Source: Phycisphaerales bacterium | GTDB lineage: Bacteria; Planctomycetota; Phycisphaerae; Phycisphaerales; UBA1924 | DNA length: 64,000 nucleotides | NCBI GenBank assembly: GCA_020847535.1 | Contig: JADLBU010000003.1 | Location: 29,998 to 93,997 of the forward strand | Direction: 5' to 3' | Part shown: positions 40,281 through 49,458 of the stretch, in pieces | Position numbering within the stretch: the first letter of the stretch is position 1 | How the letters are laid out: every line of letters begins with the position of its first letter | The notes under the pieces: model-generated | Told to the model about the DNA's origin: nothing | Database searches by the model: none | The model's input: only the letters and a program-made list of their open reading frames with translations | Position numbers and translations under genes: made by a program

Positions 40281-42098
40281 ATGTTGAGAACGATCCGAAC
40301 TCTCCTGAGATCCGCGCGGCCGATCGCGTGGGTGTGCGCGCTTGCAGTGATCGGCACATGCATCGCGCCGGCGCTGGCGGCCCCGCAGTCAAGCCTGGCG
40401 CCCGTGTTGCCGGGGGCGGGGAGCCTGGACAGCCCGGACCTGGGGCGAGCCGGGACCTCGCACGGTTGGATGGTCGTGCAATCGGGCGACACGCTGGCGC
40501 TGATCCATATCCCGCCGCGGACCAGCGCGCAGGCCGGCGCATCGGGAGTGCTCGCCGCCGGGGGCGGCAGCGTGCGGCTGGTGATGCCGCTCGAACGCTC
40601 CCCCGAGGGGATCGCGGCGATCGATGAGCGGGTGTACCTGGCGTTTGATGTCCGCGACTCGACCGGTCAGTTGATTCAGCGCGAGGTGCGCTCGGTCGCG
40701 GCGATCCGTTCCGGGCTTGGGGCTTTGTGGAGGTTCGAGCCGGCGGCGGATCTCTTGACGCACCCTGTGTTGCCGACGTCGGGGCGGCTCTTGGGGATGG
40801 GCGCGGCGGGGCAGACGCTGGTGGCGATCATGTCGGAGCGATCCCGGCGCGGGGAATCATCGCCGGTGATCCACGCGCTCGATCAGGATCGCTGGCGAGA
40901 GGCGCAGTTGCCGGATGAGCTTGCCGGGTTGATCAGCGGGCAGCCATCGCCGCTGCGCGTGGTCTCGATGCGAGGCGGAGTGGGTCTGGCGGTGGCATCG
41001 TCGCGGGAGCGGCTTGATGTGTGGGTGGGGCAGGTGCGGTTTCCGAGGCCAACCTCTTCGCGGCGATTCGGGGACTTTGATGATGGACCGGTGCTGACGC
41101 GACCGGCGAACCCTCGGCCGGTCGAGGCGCCGCCGGAGGAGGCTCCGGAGTGGACATGGACCAGGCGATCGCTGAGCCTGGATCCGGCGCAGGTGGATGT
41201 GATCGCGGCCGGAACACTGCTGGAGTGCTCGGGGGCGCTGGTTTGGGTCGAGCCGATCCCCGGGGGTCGCGTGCGGCTGACCGAACTGACCGAGGCGGGC
41301 TCGTTCCCGATCGCGACCATTGATGGTGTTGCTCCTCCGGTAACCGCTGCCTCGCTCGATGGGGATGGCCGGATCGCCCTGGTCTGGTCACAGCTTGATG
41401 AGCCTGGGAGCGAGGATTCACCGCTCAAGCCCTCAAGCCCCAAGCGCAGGTACGAGGTCCGGGAGATCTCCGCGCACACGGGACGGGTACTGTACGCGGG
41501 GCCGGCCAAGAGCCTGGGGCCTGTGAGCCCGACGGACCTGCGGCTGCTCTCGACCGCGCTCTTGGCGACCATGGGGGTGGTGTTGCTCCTGGTCCTGCGG
41601 CCGGATCCCAGCGATGGGGTGGTCACGATCCCGCCGGGGTTTGCGCTCGCCGAGGCGGGGCGGCGGTTCTTTGCCGCGCTCGCGGACACGGCGATGGCTC
41701 TGTGGATCTCGTCGGTGCTGTGGGGGATCGACATGGGCACGATCCTCTCCCCGGATGGGATGATCGGGGGGGAGACGTGGGTGGTGGTGGGGTCGGGGAT
41801 AGGGATCGCAATCGTGATGGGGACGATCGGCGAGTGGAGGACGGGCCGGTCCCCCGGGAAGCTCTTGACCGGGTGCGAGGTGATCTCGATCGCTCGCACG
41901 GGGCTCGTGGGAGAGGCCGGGCATGTCCCCCGGCCGGGATTCTGGCGTGCCCTGGAGCGGAATGTCCTCAAGTGGCTGCTTCCGCCGATGGCGATGCTGG
42001 GGTTGTTTGACCAGCAGGGCCGGCACCGCGCGGACATGATGGCCCGGACGCTGGTGGTGGTGCGTTGGGAAGAGGATCAGGACCAGGATGAGTCGTGA
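40281..42098 (+). CDS. RDD-family membrane protein with large N-terminal extracytoplasmic domain
   Basis: 605 aa. Signal peptide ARPIAWVCALAVIGTCIAPALAAPQ; C-terminal TM segments with GRSPGKLLTGCEV and RHRADMMARTLVVV, typical of RDD domains. Confidence 0.65.
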   Translation: MLRTIRTLLRSARPIAWVCALAVIGTCIAPALAAPQSSLAPVLPGAGSLDSPDLGRAGTSHGWMVVQSGDTLALIHIPPRTSAQAGASGVLAAGGGSVRLVMPLERSPEGIAAIDERVYLAFDVRDSTGQLIQREVRSVAAIRSGLGALWRFEPAADLLTHPVLPTSGRLLGMGAAGQTLVAIMSERSRRGESSPVIHALDQDRWREAQLPDELAGLISGQPSPLRVVSMRGGVGLAVASSRERLDVWVGQVRFPRPTSSRRFGDFDDGPVLTRPANPRPVEAPPEEAPEWTWTRRSLSLDPAQVDVIAAGTLLECSGALVWVEPIPGGRVRLTELTEAGSFPIATIDGVAPPVTAASLDGDGRIALVWSQLDEPGSEDSPLKPSSPKRRYEVREISAHTGRVLYAGPAKSLGPVSPTDLRLLSTALLATMGVVLLLVLRPDPSDGVVTIPPGFALAEAGRRFFAALADTAMALWISSVLWGIDMGTILSPDGMIGGETWVVVGSGIGIAIVMGTIGEWRTGRSPGKLLTGCEVISIARTGLVGEAGHVPRPGFWRALERNVLKWLLPPMAMLGLFDQQGRHRADMMARTLVVVRWEEDQDQDES

Positions 42099-42123
42099 GT
42101 GCTGAGTCCTGAGTCGTGGGTCG
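42089..42123 (+). repeat. 5 x 7-nt array GAGTCGT GAGTGCT GAGTCCT GAGTCGT GGGTCGT straddling the RDD-gene stop
   Basis: Read directly; the TGA at 42096-98 lies inside the array. Confidence 0.85.
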
Positions 42124-42263
42124 TGTGCCGATTGCGCAAACTTGGCCCGTCGGGGTGAAGACAAGCCCCTGGTTTACCCGATAACTCCACCAAGTCGCGG
42201 CGGATGTTGCGCGTTTTTGTGAATGGGCGGGCCTCCGGTGCGGCTTGAAGTCGGGATGGCTCC

Positions 42264-44906
42264 TTGTGCGGAGCACGGTCGTCCGCGGCGGGTCCGGGGC
42301 ATGGATGCCCCGGTGCGGTGCGATGTTCCGTCCTCGGGGCGGATCCGGGAAGGCGGTCGGTGCCGGACGTGTCGGACCAGGCGGCTCCATCTGATGTCAA
42401 GGCCGGGTTGTCAGGGGCTGATCCTGCGCGCAGGCCGTCGTTGCGGCTGGCCTGGCAGATCCCGGCGATGGCGATCGGCCTGGCGGGCCTGATCGGCGGC
42501 GCCCTCTACGCCTTCAAGACCTCGCCGCTTCCCGACTTCCCCGGGGCGATGGATGTCGCCGAGTCGATGCTTGAGAAGGGTGAGCACGAGCGGGCGATCA
42601 ACTACGCCAACGAGAACATCTATCCGTACGTGTCCCAGGGGGTTGTCGGGGTTGAAGAGATCAAGCGGTATCACCTTCTGCTGGGCCGGGGGATCGGCCG
42701 GGCGCAGCGCGACCAGTCGCTCAACGTCGAAGAGAACCACCGCAACCTCTTGAACTCCTACGAGGAGGCCCAGAAGCTGGGTGCAGCGCTGACGCCCGAG
42801 GATCTGGTGGAGATCGCCGGGGCGGAGCTGGCCCTTGGCGACCTGGATGCGGCGATCGAAAAGGCGAACCAGATCCCCGCCAGCGAGCGTCACAAGCGTG
42901 ATGCGATCACCCGCAAGGTCATCGAGCGGACGATCCACGGGCCCAAGGCCGAGCGCGGCCGAGCGGTCGAGATGCTCGCGGGGATGCTCTCGGACACGCA
43001 GATGCCCGTTGCCGATCGGCTGTGGGCGCTTGCCCGGCAGTCGGAGATCCTGATCGACCAGGGATACCCGGAAGAGGCGATCGACAAGCTGCTGCGGGCG
43101 ATGCCGCGGTTGCCGGCAGAGCAGGATTCGGCCGAGGCGGCGGCGATCGGAGAGCTGTACGTGTGGCTTGCGCGGGCGTACATGGATATCCGGGACTTGC
43201 CGGCGTCGGCGATCCAGCTCGAGCGAGCGGCGGAGATCCTGCCCGAGACTGATCCGCTGATGGCCAAGGTGGACCTGATGGCCGCGGGCATCCTGGAGAG
43301 CCGCAACGAGCTCTCGGAGGCGCGGGAACGCTACCAGCACGTGATCTCGGCATTTGCCGACTCGCCCGAGGAGCTCGAAGCGCTGCTGGGGCTTGCCGGT
43401 GTGTACGCCCAGCGCGAGGAGCACCAGGAGGCCGCCGATACGTACGCCGAGCTGGTGACCCGCTTCGTCAAGGGCGCTAAGCACGCGCGGGTATCACCGG
43501 CGACCGTCGGCCAGAGCCTGATGTCGCGGTTCCATGAGCGATTCGAGGCCGAGGATGAGCAGACCGCCCACCGCTACGCGACCATGGCCGAGGATCTCTT
43601 TGGATCCGAGCAGGCGCCCGATGAGGTGATCCTGGCGCAGGCGGAGGTCAACCGCCGGCTTGCCGTGCAGACCTCGGGCGGGCCTTCGAGCGTGCTGGCG
43701 AAGATGGATATGGATCCGTCGACGCTGTCGCAGGTGCAGCGGTATTATAAGTCGGCGGGACGGTATTTCCGGATCATGGCCGACCGGTCGGTGGTCAGCG
43801 ACCAGGCGGCGTACCTGACAGCGCTGTGGTCGGCGGCGGACTGCTTCGACCGCGCGGGGGACCGCGAGGGGGCGATCGCGGCGTTCGATGAGTTCAGCAA
43901 GAGCGCACCGGAAGATCCCAAGCAACCCGAGGCGGTCTTCCGGCTCGCCGAGGCGTACAAGGCGATCGGGGATCTGGAGCGGGCCGCGGAACTCTATCGC
44001 ACGCTGATCGATTCCAGCGAGCGCGGCAACAAGACCGCCGCCGGGCCGTACGCCGATGCCAGCTACGTGCCGCTGGCGCAGACATACCTCCTCGACAACG
44101 ACCCGGCCAACGACAAGGAGGCCGAGGAGAAGCTGCTGGAGGTCGCCAGCGGCCGCCTGGGCGGGACCAACACCGAGAGTTTCCGCGAGGCGGTCATCGA
44201 GCTGGGGAACCTCTTCTTCCAGACCGCGCAGTACGAGCAGGGGATCGAGCGTCTGCGCGAGGCGCTGGCAAGGTATCCGGACGATCCGCGGGCTGGGCAG
44301 ATCCGCTTCCGGCTCGCCGAGTGCGGGCGGATGTCGGCGACGGCGATCGAGAAGGAGCTGGAGGAAGCGATGCCCGAGACGCGCCGGCGGGATCTGATCG
44401 CGGCTCGGGAGGAGCGGCTGCGCGATTCGGCGGCGGCGTACGAGCAGGTGCGGCGAGGGCTTGAATCCAAGGACTCGCGGCGGCGATCGGCGATGGATGA
44501 GCTGATGATGCGCAACGCGAGCTTTTACGTGGCGGACTGCGCGTTCGACCTGGGGCAGTACGACACGGCGATCCGGCTGTATGACGCTGCGCGGGAGAAG
44601 TATCCCAAGGATCCGGCCTCGCTGGTGGCGATGGCGCAGATCGTCAGCGCTCATCTCAAGCAGGGGGATGTCAAGCGTGCGGCGACCGCGAACGAGCGGG
44701 CCCGGCGGTTCTACGCGAGCCTGCCCGAGAGCGCATGGGAGGATCCCAACCTCCCGATGACGCGGCGGGAATGGGAGCGATGGCTGGAGGCGACGGCGGA
44801 GCTCGGATCGCTGTCGGAGGAGGGGAAGAAGTCGGGTCGGGAGAGCGGCGGACAGAACAGTGGCGGTCAGAGCGCGGCGGCGGATGAAGGCAAGGGCGCC
44901 GGCTAA
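42264..44906 (+). CDS. TPR-repeat protein with N-terminal membrane anchor
   Basis: 880 aa; start uncertain (GTG 42369 or later). TM segment AMAIGLAGLIGGALYAF followed by many 34-residue A/L/Y-patterned repeats (..AEAYKAIGDLERAAELYRTLI.., ..YDTAIRLYDAAREKYPKDP..). Confidence 0.7.
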   Translation: MCGARSSAAGPGHGCPGAVRCSVLGADPGRRSVPDVSDQAAPSDVKAGLSGADPARRPSLRLAWQIPAMAIGLAGLIGGALYAFKTSPLPDFPGAMDVAESMLEKGEHERAINYANENIYPYVSQGVVGVEEIKRYHLLLGRGIGRAQRDQSLNVEENHRNLLNSYEEAQKLGAALTPEDLVEIAGAELALGDLDAAIEKANQIPASERHKRDAITRKVIERTIHGPKAERGRAVEMLAGMLSDTQMPVADRLWALARQSEILIDQGYPEEAIDKLLRAMPRLPAEQDSAEAAAIGELYVWLARAYMDIRDLPASAIQLERAAEILPETDPLMAKVDLMAAGILESRNELSEARERYQHVISAFADSPEELEALLGLAGVYAQREEHQEAADTYAELVTRFVKGAKHARVSPATVGQSLMSRFHERFEAEDEQTAHRYATMAEDLFGSEQAPDEVILAQAEVNRRLAVQTSGGPSSVLAKMDMDPSTLSQVQRYYKSAGRYFRIMADRSVVSDQAAYLTALWSAADCFDRAGDREGAIAAFDEFSKSAPEDPKQPEAVFRLAEAYKAIGDLERAAELYRTLIDSSERGNKTAAGPYADASYVPLAQTYLLDNDPANDKEAEEKLLEVASGRLGGTNTESFREAVIELGNLFFQTAQYEQGIERLREALARYPDDPRAGQIRFRLAECGRMSATAIEKELEEAMPETRRRDLIAAREERLRDSAAAYEQVRRGLESKDSRRRSAMDELMMRNASFYVADCAFDLGQYDTAIRLYDAAREKYPKDPASLVAMAQIVSAHLKQGDVKRAATANERARRFYASLPESAWEDPNLPMTRREWERWLEATAELGSLSEEGKKSGRESGGQNSGGQSAAADEGKGAG

Positions 44907-44957
44907 GGGATCGATCGATGGAGCGCTGGAGGATTCAGCGCTGGAGCTCGAGTCAGG

Positions 44958-45467
44958 ATGACCAACGGAAACCTTCGGCACCACGATCAATTGCACTCCG
45001 GGATCGCCTCCGCGCACGGCATGCCCGGGGTGGCGGCGGTCGAACGCCTCCTGGAATCGCAGCATCGCCTGCACGTGGAGCTGCGCGACCTGAGCCTGCG
45101 CCAGTCGGCCCTGATCAAGGCGGAAGAAACCGATGAGCTGCTCACCGTCCTGGGGGAGCGAGAACGCATCATCGGCGGAATCCAGGGGATCAACGACTCG
45201 CTCTCGGGCGTGCGGGCTCGCTGGAGCGAGTTCATCGCGGGGCTGGATCCGGCGCAGAAGTCCAGGATCGCCGAGCGGGTCATCGCCATCACGACACTGA
45301 TCGAGGCTGTTGCGCAGCGTGATCGTGAGGACCGGGAGCTCCTGCGCGGCAAGTGCGATCGGGTCGCCGGTGAGCTCAGCGGGCTGGATCGCTCACGCAG
45401 GGCCGCGGCGGCGTACGGCCCGGGCAAGGGCGGATCGTCACCCCTTTTCCAGGATCGGGAGGCATGA
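44958..45467 (+). CDS. FlgN-like flagellar chaperone (tentative)
   Basis: 169 aa. All-helical LLESQHRLHVELRDLSLRQSALIKAEETDELLTVLGERERII..; resembles the FlgN family pattern. The stop overlaps the kinase start (ATGA). Confidence 0.4.
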   Translation: MTNGNLRHHDQLHSGIASAHGMPGVAAVERLLESQHRLHVELRDLSLRQSALIKAEETDELLTVLGERERIIGGIQGINDSLSGVRARWSEFIAGLDPAQKSRIAERVIAITTLIEAVAQRDREDRELLRGKCDRVAGELSGLDRSRRAAAAYGPGKGGSSPLFQDREA

Positions 45468-46471
45468 TGCCCGGGGCCGAGCAGATACAACACCCGCAGA
45501 TGCAGGCCGGCCTGACCGGGGGCCTTGCCGCCGGCGGCAAGGTCTCACCGACGGACCTGGCCGAGTTGATCGGCGCGTTCAACGAGGTGACCGCTCGCCT
45601 GCAGGGCACGCACGAGCAACTGCACGCCCAGGTGGCTTGTCTGTCGGCGGAGTTGCGGTCGGCGAACGAGCAGCTCGAGCGCTCACGCAGGCTCGCCGCG
45701 CTGGGAGAGATGGCTGCCGGGATCGCCCACGAGGTCCGTAACCCGCTTGGGTCGATCCGCCTCTACGCCCGCATGCTCGATGAGGATCTCGAGGATCGCC
45801 CCGCCGAGCGCGAGACGGTCGGGAAGATCGACCGCGCTGCCAAGGGGCTGGCGGGAATCGTCGAGGACATGCTGATGTTCGCACGCGAGTTCAAGATCCG
45901 CCGGGAGCCGACATCGCCCGCGGGGCTCTTTAATGCGGCGGTCGAGGCCTGCAGGGAAGATCTGGTCCCGGGGCTGGAGTCGGTGGGGATCGTGCGGGCG
46001 CCGGGAACGGATGAATCGGATGTGCTGCTGGATGCCGATCGCGGGCTGGTGATCCGGGCGCTGGTGAACGTGGTGCGAAACGCGATCGAGGCGATGGTGG
46101 AATCGGGGTGCCGCCATCGGCGGATCACGCTGGGCCATCGGTGTGCGGCAGGGGAGCCTTCGGTGTGCATCCTGACGGTGGCCGACAGCGGCCCGGGCGT
46201 TCCCGCGGAGGTGATCCCGCGGATGTTCAACCCGTTCTTTACGACGCGGCAGACGGGGACGGGGCTGGGATTGGCGATCGTGCATCGGATCGTCGAGGCG
46301 CACGGGGGGCAGGTGTCGGTCCGCAACATGTCCGAGGGCGGGGCGTGCGTGGAGCTGCGCCTGCCGGCGGTGATCGCGGATCGGAACGAATCAACGGATG
46401 GTCCGGAGTTCGGGTCTCTCAAGGCAATCACCCGCGCCGATCAGCGCGGGATCGCGGAGGTTCGCGCATGA
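45464..46471 (+). CDS. Cytoplasmic sensor histidine kinase (FlrB/FleS/FlgS-like)
   Basis: 335 aa, no TM segment. H-box MAAGIAHEVRNPLGSI, N-box VNVVRNAIEAM, G-boxes DSGPGVP and TGTGLGLAIVHRIVEAHGG. Confidence 0.85.
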   Translation: MMPGAEQIQHPQMQAGLTGGLAAGGKVSPTDLAELIGAFNEVTARLQGTHEQLHAQVACLSAELRSANEQLERSRRLAALGEMAAGIAHEVRNPLGSIRLYARMLDEDLEDRPAERETVGKIDRAAKGLAGIVEDMLMFAREFKIRREPTSPAGLFNAAVEACREDLVPGLESVGIVRAPGTDESDVLLDADRGLVIRALVNVVRNAIEAMVESGCRHRRITLGHRCAAGEPSVCILTVADSGPGVPAEVIPRMFNPFFTTRQTGTGLGLAIVHRIVEAHGGQVSVRNMSEGGACVELRLPAVIADRNESTDGPEFGSLKAITRADQRGIAEVRA

Positions 46472-48051
46472 GGACGGTATTGGTCGTCGATGACAAGGAA
46501 ATGATGCGGGACAGCGTCGCCGGAACGCTTCGGCGGGCCGGGATGGAGGTCATCACCGCAAACGATGGGGCCGCAGCACTGGAGGCGATCGCCCAGAAGC
46601 GGCCGGATGCGGTGATCACGGACCAGAAGATGCCCGGGATGGGCGGGATCGAGCTACTCGAGAAGATCCGGCAGATCGACGATGAGCTGCCGGTGGTGGT
46701 GATGACCGCGTTCGGCTCGATCGAGACGGCTGTCCGCGCGATGCGGCTGGGGGCGTTTGACTATCTCACCAAGCCCTTCGAGGGGGATGAACTGCTCATC
46801 ACCGCCAAGCGGGCGATCGAGCACGCTGCGCTGCTGCGCGAGCACGCGGTGCTGCGGGCGACGGTCTCGGCGAGCGAGCCGGCGCGGACGGGAGATGGCG
46901 CTGCTGGGACTTCGCGCGAGTGTCGCCGGGGCGTCGATCGGCTGATCGGATCATCGGTGGCGATGCGCGATCTGCGGCGGCATGTCGCGGCGGTTGCCGG
47001 ATCCCAGGGGACGGTGCTGATCTGCGGTGAGTCGGGCGTGGGCAAGGAGGTGGTGGCCAGGGCGATCCACGAGAGCAGCGGCCGGTCCTCGGCGGCGTAC
47101 CTGGGGGTCAACTGCGCAGCGCTGTCGGAGTCGCTCCTGGAGAGCGAGCTCTTCGGCCACGAACGCGGGGCGTTCACGGGCGCGGAGAAGATGCGCAAGG
47201 GCCGATTCGAGCTTGCCGATGGCGGCACGCTGGTGCTGGATGAGGTGTCGGAAGTTCCCGCCCAGATCCAGGCCAAGCTGCTGCGGATCCTTCAGGAGCG
47301 GGCGTTCGAGCGCGTCGGATCGAGCATCACCATCGGCGTCGATGTCCGTGTGGTCGCCACCAGCAACCGGGACCTCCAGAAGTCGATCGACCACGGCCAG
47401 TTCCGTCAAGATCTGTTCTTCCGGCTCAATGTGCTGCCGGTGCATGTCCCTTCCCTGCGCGAGCGTCGGGAGGACATCCCCGAGCTGGCAGCCCACTTCG
47501 TCGGCCAGATCGCCCGACGCGAGGGACGCGGGAACGTCGGCTTTGATACCGGCGCGGTCGATCTGCTCCAGCAGTATCACTGGCCCGGGAATGTGCGCGA
47601 GCTGCAGAATATCTGCGAGCGGGCGGTGGTGCTGACGGCGGAGGTTGCCGGCGGCGGCGGGGCGGTGACGGTCGGGGCGGAGGTCATCGAGCCCTGGCTG
47701 CGGACGGGTTCGTTGAGCGGCACGTTCCCCGGTTCGAACGGCACTTCGGCGTTCCACGGCACAAGCAACGGCTCGCTCCCGGAGATCAAGTCCCTGCATG
47801 GTCCCGTCAACGGCTTGAACAACGGGCTGACCAATGGGGTGGGCAATGGGGCTGCCAACGGGATTGCAAACGGTGTGCATGCCAGCCACCGCACCCTTGA
47901 AGAGATCGAGCGCGATGCCATCGTCCAGACGCTGGTCCGCCATAACGGTCATCGCCAACGGACGGCAAGCGCCCTGGGGATCGGAGTTCGGACCCTGGGC
48001 CTCAAGCTCAAGCGCTGGAAGGAGCTGCACCTGGTCGAGTCCAACCTGTAG
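46468..48051 (+). CDS. Sigma-54-dependent response regulator (NtrC/FlrC/FleR family)
   Basis: ORF 46108..48051 trimmed to ATG 46468 (ATGA overlap with the kinase stop). MRTVLVVDDKEMMRDS..DAVITDQKMPGMGG receiver; GESGVGKEVVARAIH Walker A; ESELFGHERGAFTGA (GAFTGA); C-terminal Fis-type HTH RTASALGIGVRTL. Confidence 0.9.
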   Translation: MRTVLVVDDKEMMRDSVAGTLRRAGMEVITANDGAAALEAIAQKRPDAVITDQKMPGMGGIELLEKIRQIDDELPVVVMTAFGSIETAVRAMRLGAFDYLTKPFEGDELLITAKRAIEHAALLREHAVLRATVSASEPARTGDGAAGTSRECRRGVDRLIGSSVAMRDLRRHVAAVAGSQGTVLICGESGVGKEVVARAIHESSGRSSAAYLGVNCAALSESLLESELFGHERGAFTGAEKMRKGRFELADGGTLVLDEVSEVPAQIQAKLLRILQERAFERVGSSITIGVDVRVVATSNRDLQKSIDHGQFRQDLFFRLNVLPVHVPSLRERREDIPELAAHFVGQIARREGRGNVGFDTGAVDLLQQYHWPGNVRELQNICERAVVLTAEVAGGGGAVTVGAEVIEPWLRTGSLSGTFPGSNGTSAFHGTSNGSLPEIKSLHGPVNGLNNGLTNGVGNGAANGIANGVHASHRTLEEIERDAIVQTLVRHNGHRQRTASALGIGVRTLGLKLKRWKELHLVESNL

Positions 48052-48108
48052 TTCCAGTTCACGCTTCTCCTTTACTCGCTGACCCGTTTGCCCCCTCACT
48101 TGCCTCCT

Positions 48109-48123
48109 TGGCCTGGCCTTTGC
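48109..48123 (+). promoter_or_regulatory. Candidate sigma-54 (-24/-12) promoter upstream of flgB
   Basis: TGGCCTGGCCTTTGC. GG at positions 2-3 and GC at positions 14-15 have exactly the TGGCAC-N5-TTGC spacing. Lies 19 nt upstream of the flgB ATG and 58 nt downstream of the sigma-54 activator gene. Confidence 0.4.
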
Positions 48124-48141
48124 GATTCACCCCTTCACCCG

Positions 48142-48594
48142 ATGTTCATTGACGACATCACCAACTCAGGCGCGATCCCGGTTCTTGAAGCCTCGATGCG
48201 CTTCGCGGCCCAGCGTCAGCGCATGATCGCCGGCAACATCGCCAACATCTCAACTCCGGACTACCGCCAGAAGGATGTCTCGGTGAAGGGCTTCGAGCAT
48301 GAGCTGGCCCGCGCGGTCGATGCCCGCCGTGACCGCTCGGGCGGCGAGAGCGGCAGGCTGGAGTTGCGCAGCACGCAGGAATTGCGCATCAAGGATGGTC
48401 CAAACGGGCAGGAGATGACACTTTCCCCGCGGACCTCATCGGGCAACATCCTCTTCCACGACCGCAACAACCGGGACATCGAGCGGCTGATGCAGGACAT
48501 GGTCGAGACCGCCGAGACGTTCCGGACGGCATCTGAGTTCATGCGGGGGCGGTTGTCGCTCCTGAGGTCGGCGATCGCCCAACGGGCGGGGTGA
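48142..48594 (+). CDS. flgB: Flagellar basal-body rod protein FlgB
   Basis: ORF 48088..48594 trimmed to ATG 48142: MFIDDITNSGAIPVLEASMRFAAQRQRMIAGNIANISTPDY. Confidence 0.85.
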   Translation: MFIDDITNSGAIPVLEASMRFAAQRQRMIAGNIANISTPDYRQKDVSVKGFEHELARAVDARRDRSGGESGRLELRSTQELRIKDGPNGQEMTLSPRTSSGNILFHDRNNRDIERLMQDMVETAETFRTASEFMRGRLSLLRSAIAQRAG

Positions 48595-48641
48595 TGGTGA
48601 GTGATTGACAGACCCCTCGGCGGCCTGATTTCGGAGGTTTG

Positions 48642-49070
48642 ATGTACGGCACGTTGGATATTTCGACGGGTGGAATGATCGCCCAGCGGACCCGGATGGC
48701 GGTGATCGCCTCCAATATCGCCCATGCCCACACGGTCCTGGATGAGAACGGGAACGTAAATCCCTGGCGGAGGCGCATCGTGCAGTTCGCCCCCGGGGAT
48801 CCTTCGGCGGGCTCGTCCGAGGCCCGCTCCCTGGGTGTGCATGTCGCCGACATCACCCTCGACGATGCCCCGTTCAAGCTACGGGAAGATCCGGGCCATC
48901 CCCATGCGTACAAGGATGGCCCGTTCGCGGGGTATGTGCCCGAACCCAACATCGATCCGGTGACCGAGCAGGTCAACGCGATGGAGGCTGCGAGGGCCTA
49001 TGAGGCGAACCTGGCCGCCGCCGAGGCGACCAAGCAGATGATGGCATCGGCCTTGCGACTGCTCGCGTAG
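48642..49070 (+). CDS. flgC: Flagellar basal-body rod protein FlgC
   Basis: MYGTLDISTGGMIAQRTRMAVIASNIAHAHT.. and C-terminal VTEQVNAMEAARAYEANLAAAEATKQMMASALRL. GGAGG lies 4 nt upstream. Confidence 0.9.
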   Translation: MYGTLDISTGGMIAQRTRMAVIASNIAHAHTVLDENGNVNPWRRRIVQFAPGDPSAGSSEARSLGVHVADITLDDAPFKLREDPGHPHAYKDGPFAGYVPEPNIDPVTEQVNAMEAARAYEANLAAAEATKQMMASALRLLA

Positions 49071-49110
49071 AGAAGATGAGGGTTCCGCTGCGGGCGGGCC
49101 GGAGTGAGCG

Positions 49111-49425
49111 ATGACCGATCCACTTGGATTGATCCGACCGACAGATTCGACCGGCCCCGCCGCGGGCCCCGTCAGGGGGTCGGCCGGTGGTCCCGCGGTT
49201 CCGGGTGCCGAATTCAAGGATGTCCTGCTCGAGAACCTCAAGAAGGTCAACGAGCTTCAGCAGGATGCCACCAAGGCGATGGAAGACCTGCACACGGGTC
49301 GCCGCACCGACTATGAGGGTGTGATCATCGCAACCCAGAAGGCCGACACGGCGTTTCACATGCTGCAGGCGCTGCGGAACAAGGTGATGGAGGCCTACGA
49401 CGAGATCAAGCAGATGCGGGTGTGA
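49111..49425 (+). CDS. fliE: Flagellar hook-basal body complex protein FliE
   Basis: 104 aa. FKDVLLENLKKVNELQQDATKAMEDLHTG..VIIATQKADTAFHMLQALRNKVMEAYDEIKQMRV. Confidence 0.85.
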   Translation: MTDPLGLIRPTDSTGPAAGPVRGSAGGPAVPGAEFKDVLLENLKKVNELQQDATKAMEDLHTGRRTDYEGVIIATQKADTAFHMLQALRNKVMEAYDEIKQMRV

Positions 49426-49430
49426 GAGAA

Positions 49431-49458
49431 GGCGCTGGGCACTGGGCATCGGGCACTG
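49431..49458 (+). repeat. 4 x 7-nt array GGCGCTG GGCACTG GGCATCG GGCACTG after the fliE stop
   Basis: Same three heptamer words as 21885-21912 in permuted order. Starts 5 nt after the TGA (49423-25), preceded by AGAA. Confidence 0.9.

Noticed and set aside
46108-46467. N-terminal 120-residue extension of the sigma-54 activator ORF
   Set aside because: The extension overlaps the C-terminal catalytic domain of the histidine kinase in another frame. ATG 46468 gives the canonical receiver-domain start MRTVLVVDD and an ATGA overlap.
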